Positions 63,138 through 64,000 of a stretch of DNA of 64,000 nucleotides are shown one piece after another; the stretch's first letter is position 1, and each line of letters starts with the position of its first letter. The notes beneath the pieces are model-generated. The model saw only the letters and a list, made by a program, of their open reading frames with translations. It was not told where the DNA came from and did not search any database. This DNA is from Octopus sinensis (Eukaryota): the NCBI RefSeq assembly GCF_006345805.1, contig NW_021826031.1, forward strand, positions 496,001 through 560,000, written 5' to 3'. The translations under genes and the position numbers were made by a program.

Positions 63138-64000
63138 TTATTTTATTTTTGAGTAAAATAATAAGTAAATTCTTTTTGAATTTTGAATCTTTTTGAAGTG
63201 AACTCTTGTGAGTTGTTCGTCATTAGCGTTTATCCAGTACTTTTTCCCATTTTCCGAAAATGCCTTAATATAGGCAGTATAGTGTCCTCGTTCCATTGAC
63301 CCAGAGTGGGCAACCGCTCCTGATAATTCATATTTTGCGTCTTTGTTAGACACGCAGTATTCAGACATATCCAATTTCTTATTTATACGTACTGATTGCT
63401 TGTTCTTCACAAATTTCCCATCCATCTAATAAAATTCAAAAACCATGGTCATTACGTAACAAAATCGAATCAAATGAATCACTAGCACGTCGGGGAGAGA
63501 GACCAGTCTTGTCGAGCGGATCCCAGTTGTTTTTACTCCTAAAATACTAAAATAACACAAAAAACCTTCAAAACACTCCGAACACTCAAAGTTGTCAAGA
63601 ACTTCATTTTTTACGAATTCTGAAAGTAGAGAACTGATGCTCTCGATTTGTGAAGTTTGAATGTGACTCAGATCAATTGATTGTTCAGATGGTTCCAATT
63701 GGGTTGTAAAATACGGTGATATTTTGTCCCAAATCCCAATGAACGGCCGAGTGAGGTATTTCGCAGTGCCAACAAATGAGGAATAAGCAGATGCAGTCTT
63801 GACTGGTCTGAACCATTCGTCTGACTGTCCTCTGTTGGGTGTGGCTACGGTAGTGTCTACACTCTTATTTTTGAGTGGCAACGACAGACACGTATATTCT
63901 TCGAGCGACTCACGTGTCTAAATAAGGATGTGTTGCAATTTACATTTTTGCATTGATCGCACTGGTAACTGTTAGTTTGTATGCCTCCAAAAACGCTGTG
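63138..64000 (-). CDS. Ubiquitin-specific protease, C-terminal part (5' end outside window)
   Basis: LPDVLVIHLIRF and His box YELSGAVAHSGSMERGHYTAY...WINAND...YLLFY. Confidence 0.85.

Noticed and set aside
1-64000. Alternative genetic code explaining the fragmented ORFs
   Set aside because: Stops and frame changes in conserved host genes are resolved by 21-32 nt GT-AG introns, and TAA, TAG and TGA all appear as true terminators.

Overview
AT-rich eukaryotic (animal-type) genomic DNA. Compact host genes are split by very short GT-AG introns (about 21-32 nt in those I delimited by hand) and are separated by clusters of decayed transposons. The gene set plus this intron size suggests a highly reduced animal such as a dicyemid mesozoan; this is an inference and is not verified. 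Host genes: TPR nucleoporin (3' part), a Trio/kalirin C-terminal-like DH-PH-Ig-FN3-pseudokinase gene, a divergent 4-RRM PABP-like gene, myosin IE, DPAGT1 (with clustered frameshifts), COG2, synaptojanin, an MTSS/I-BAR gene, an ISG20/REX4-type exonuclease, CCDC170, SmG, arfaptin and a USP. There is also one 5S rRNA gene and an orphan 5.8S-ITS2-28S fragment. Mobile DNA includes Merlin, hAT, pogo/Tigger and Tc1 DNA transposons with TIRs and TSDs, and CRE-like, RTE-like, R4-like and other non-LTR retroelement fragments. Most notable: (1) a TA-flanked pogo/Tigger element inside a coding exon of an apparently otherwise intact myosin IE gene, where removing the element plus one TA restores the frame exactly; (2) a TA-flanked 182-bp array with strictly alternating 21/20-nt spacing inserted in the 28S fragment; (3) telomere-type filler at a deletion junction; (4) Merlin transposases carrying host-sized micro-introns; (5) short-range G/C skew switches inside genes. 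All gene models were spliced by eye, so boundaries are approximate.
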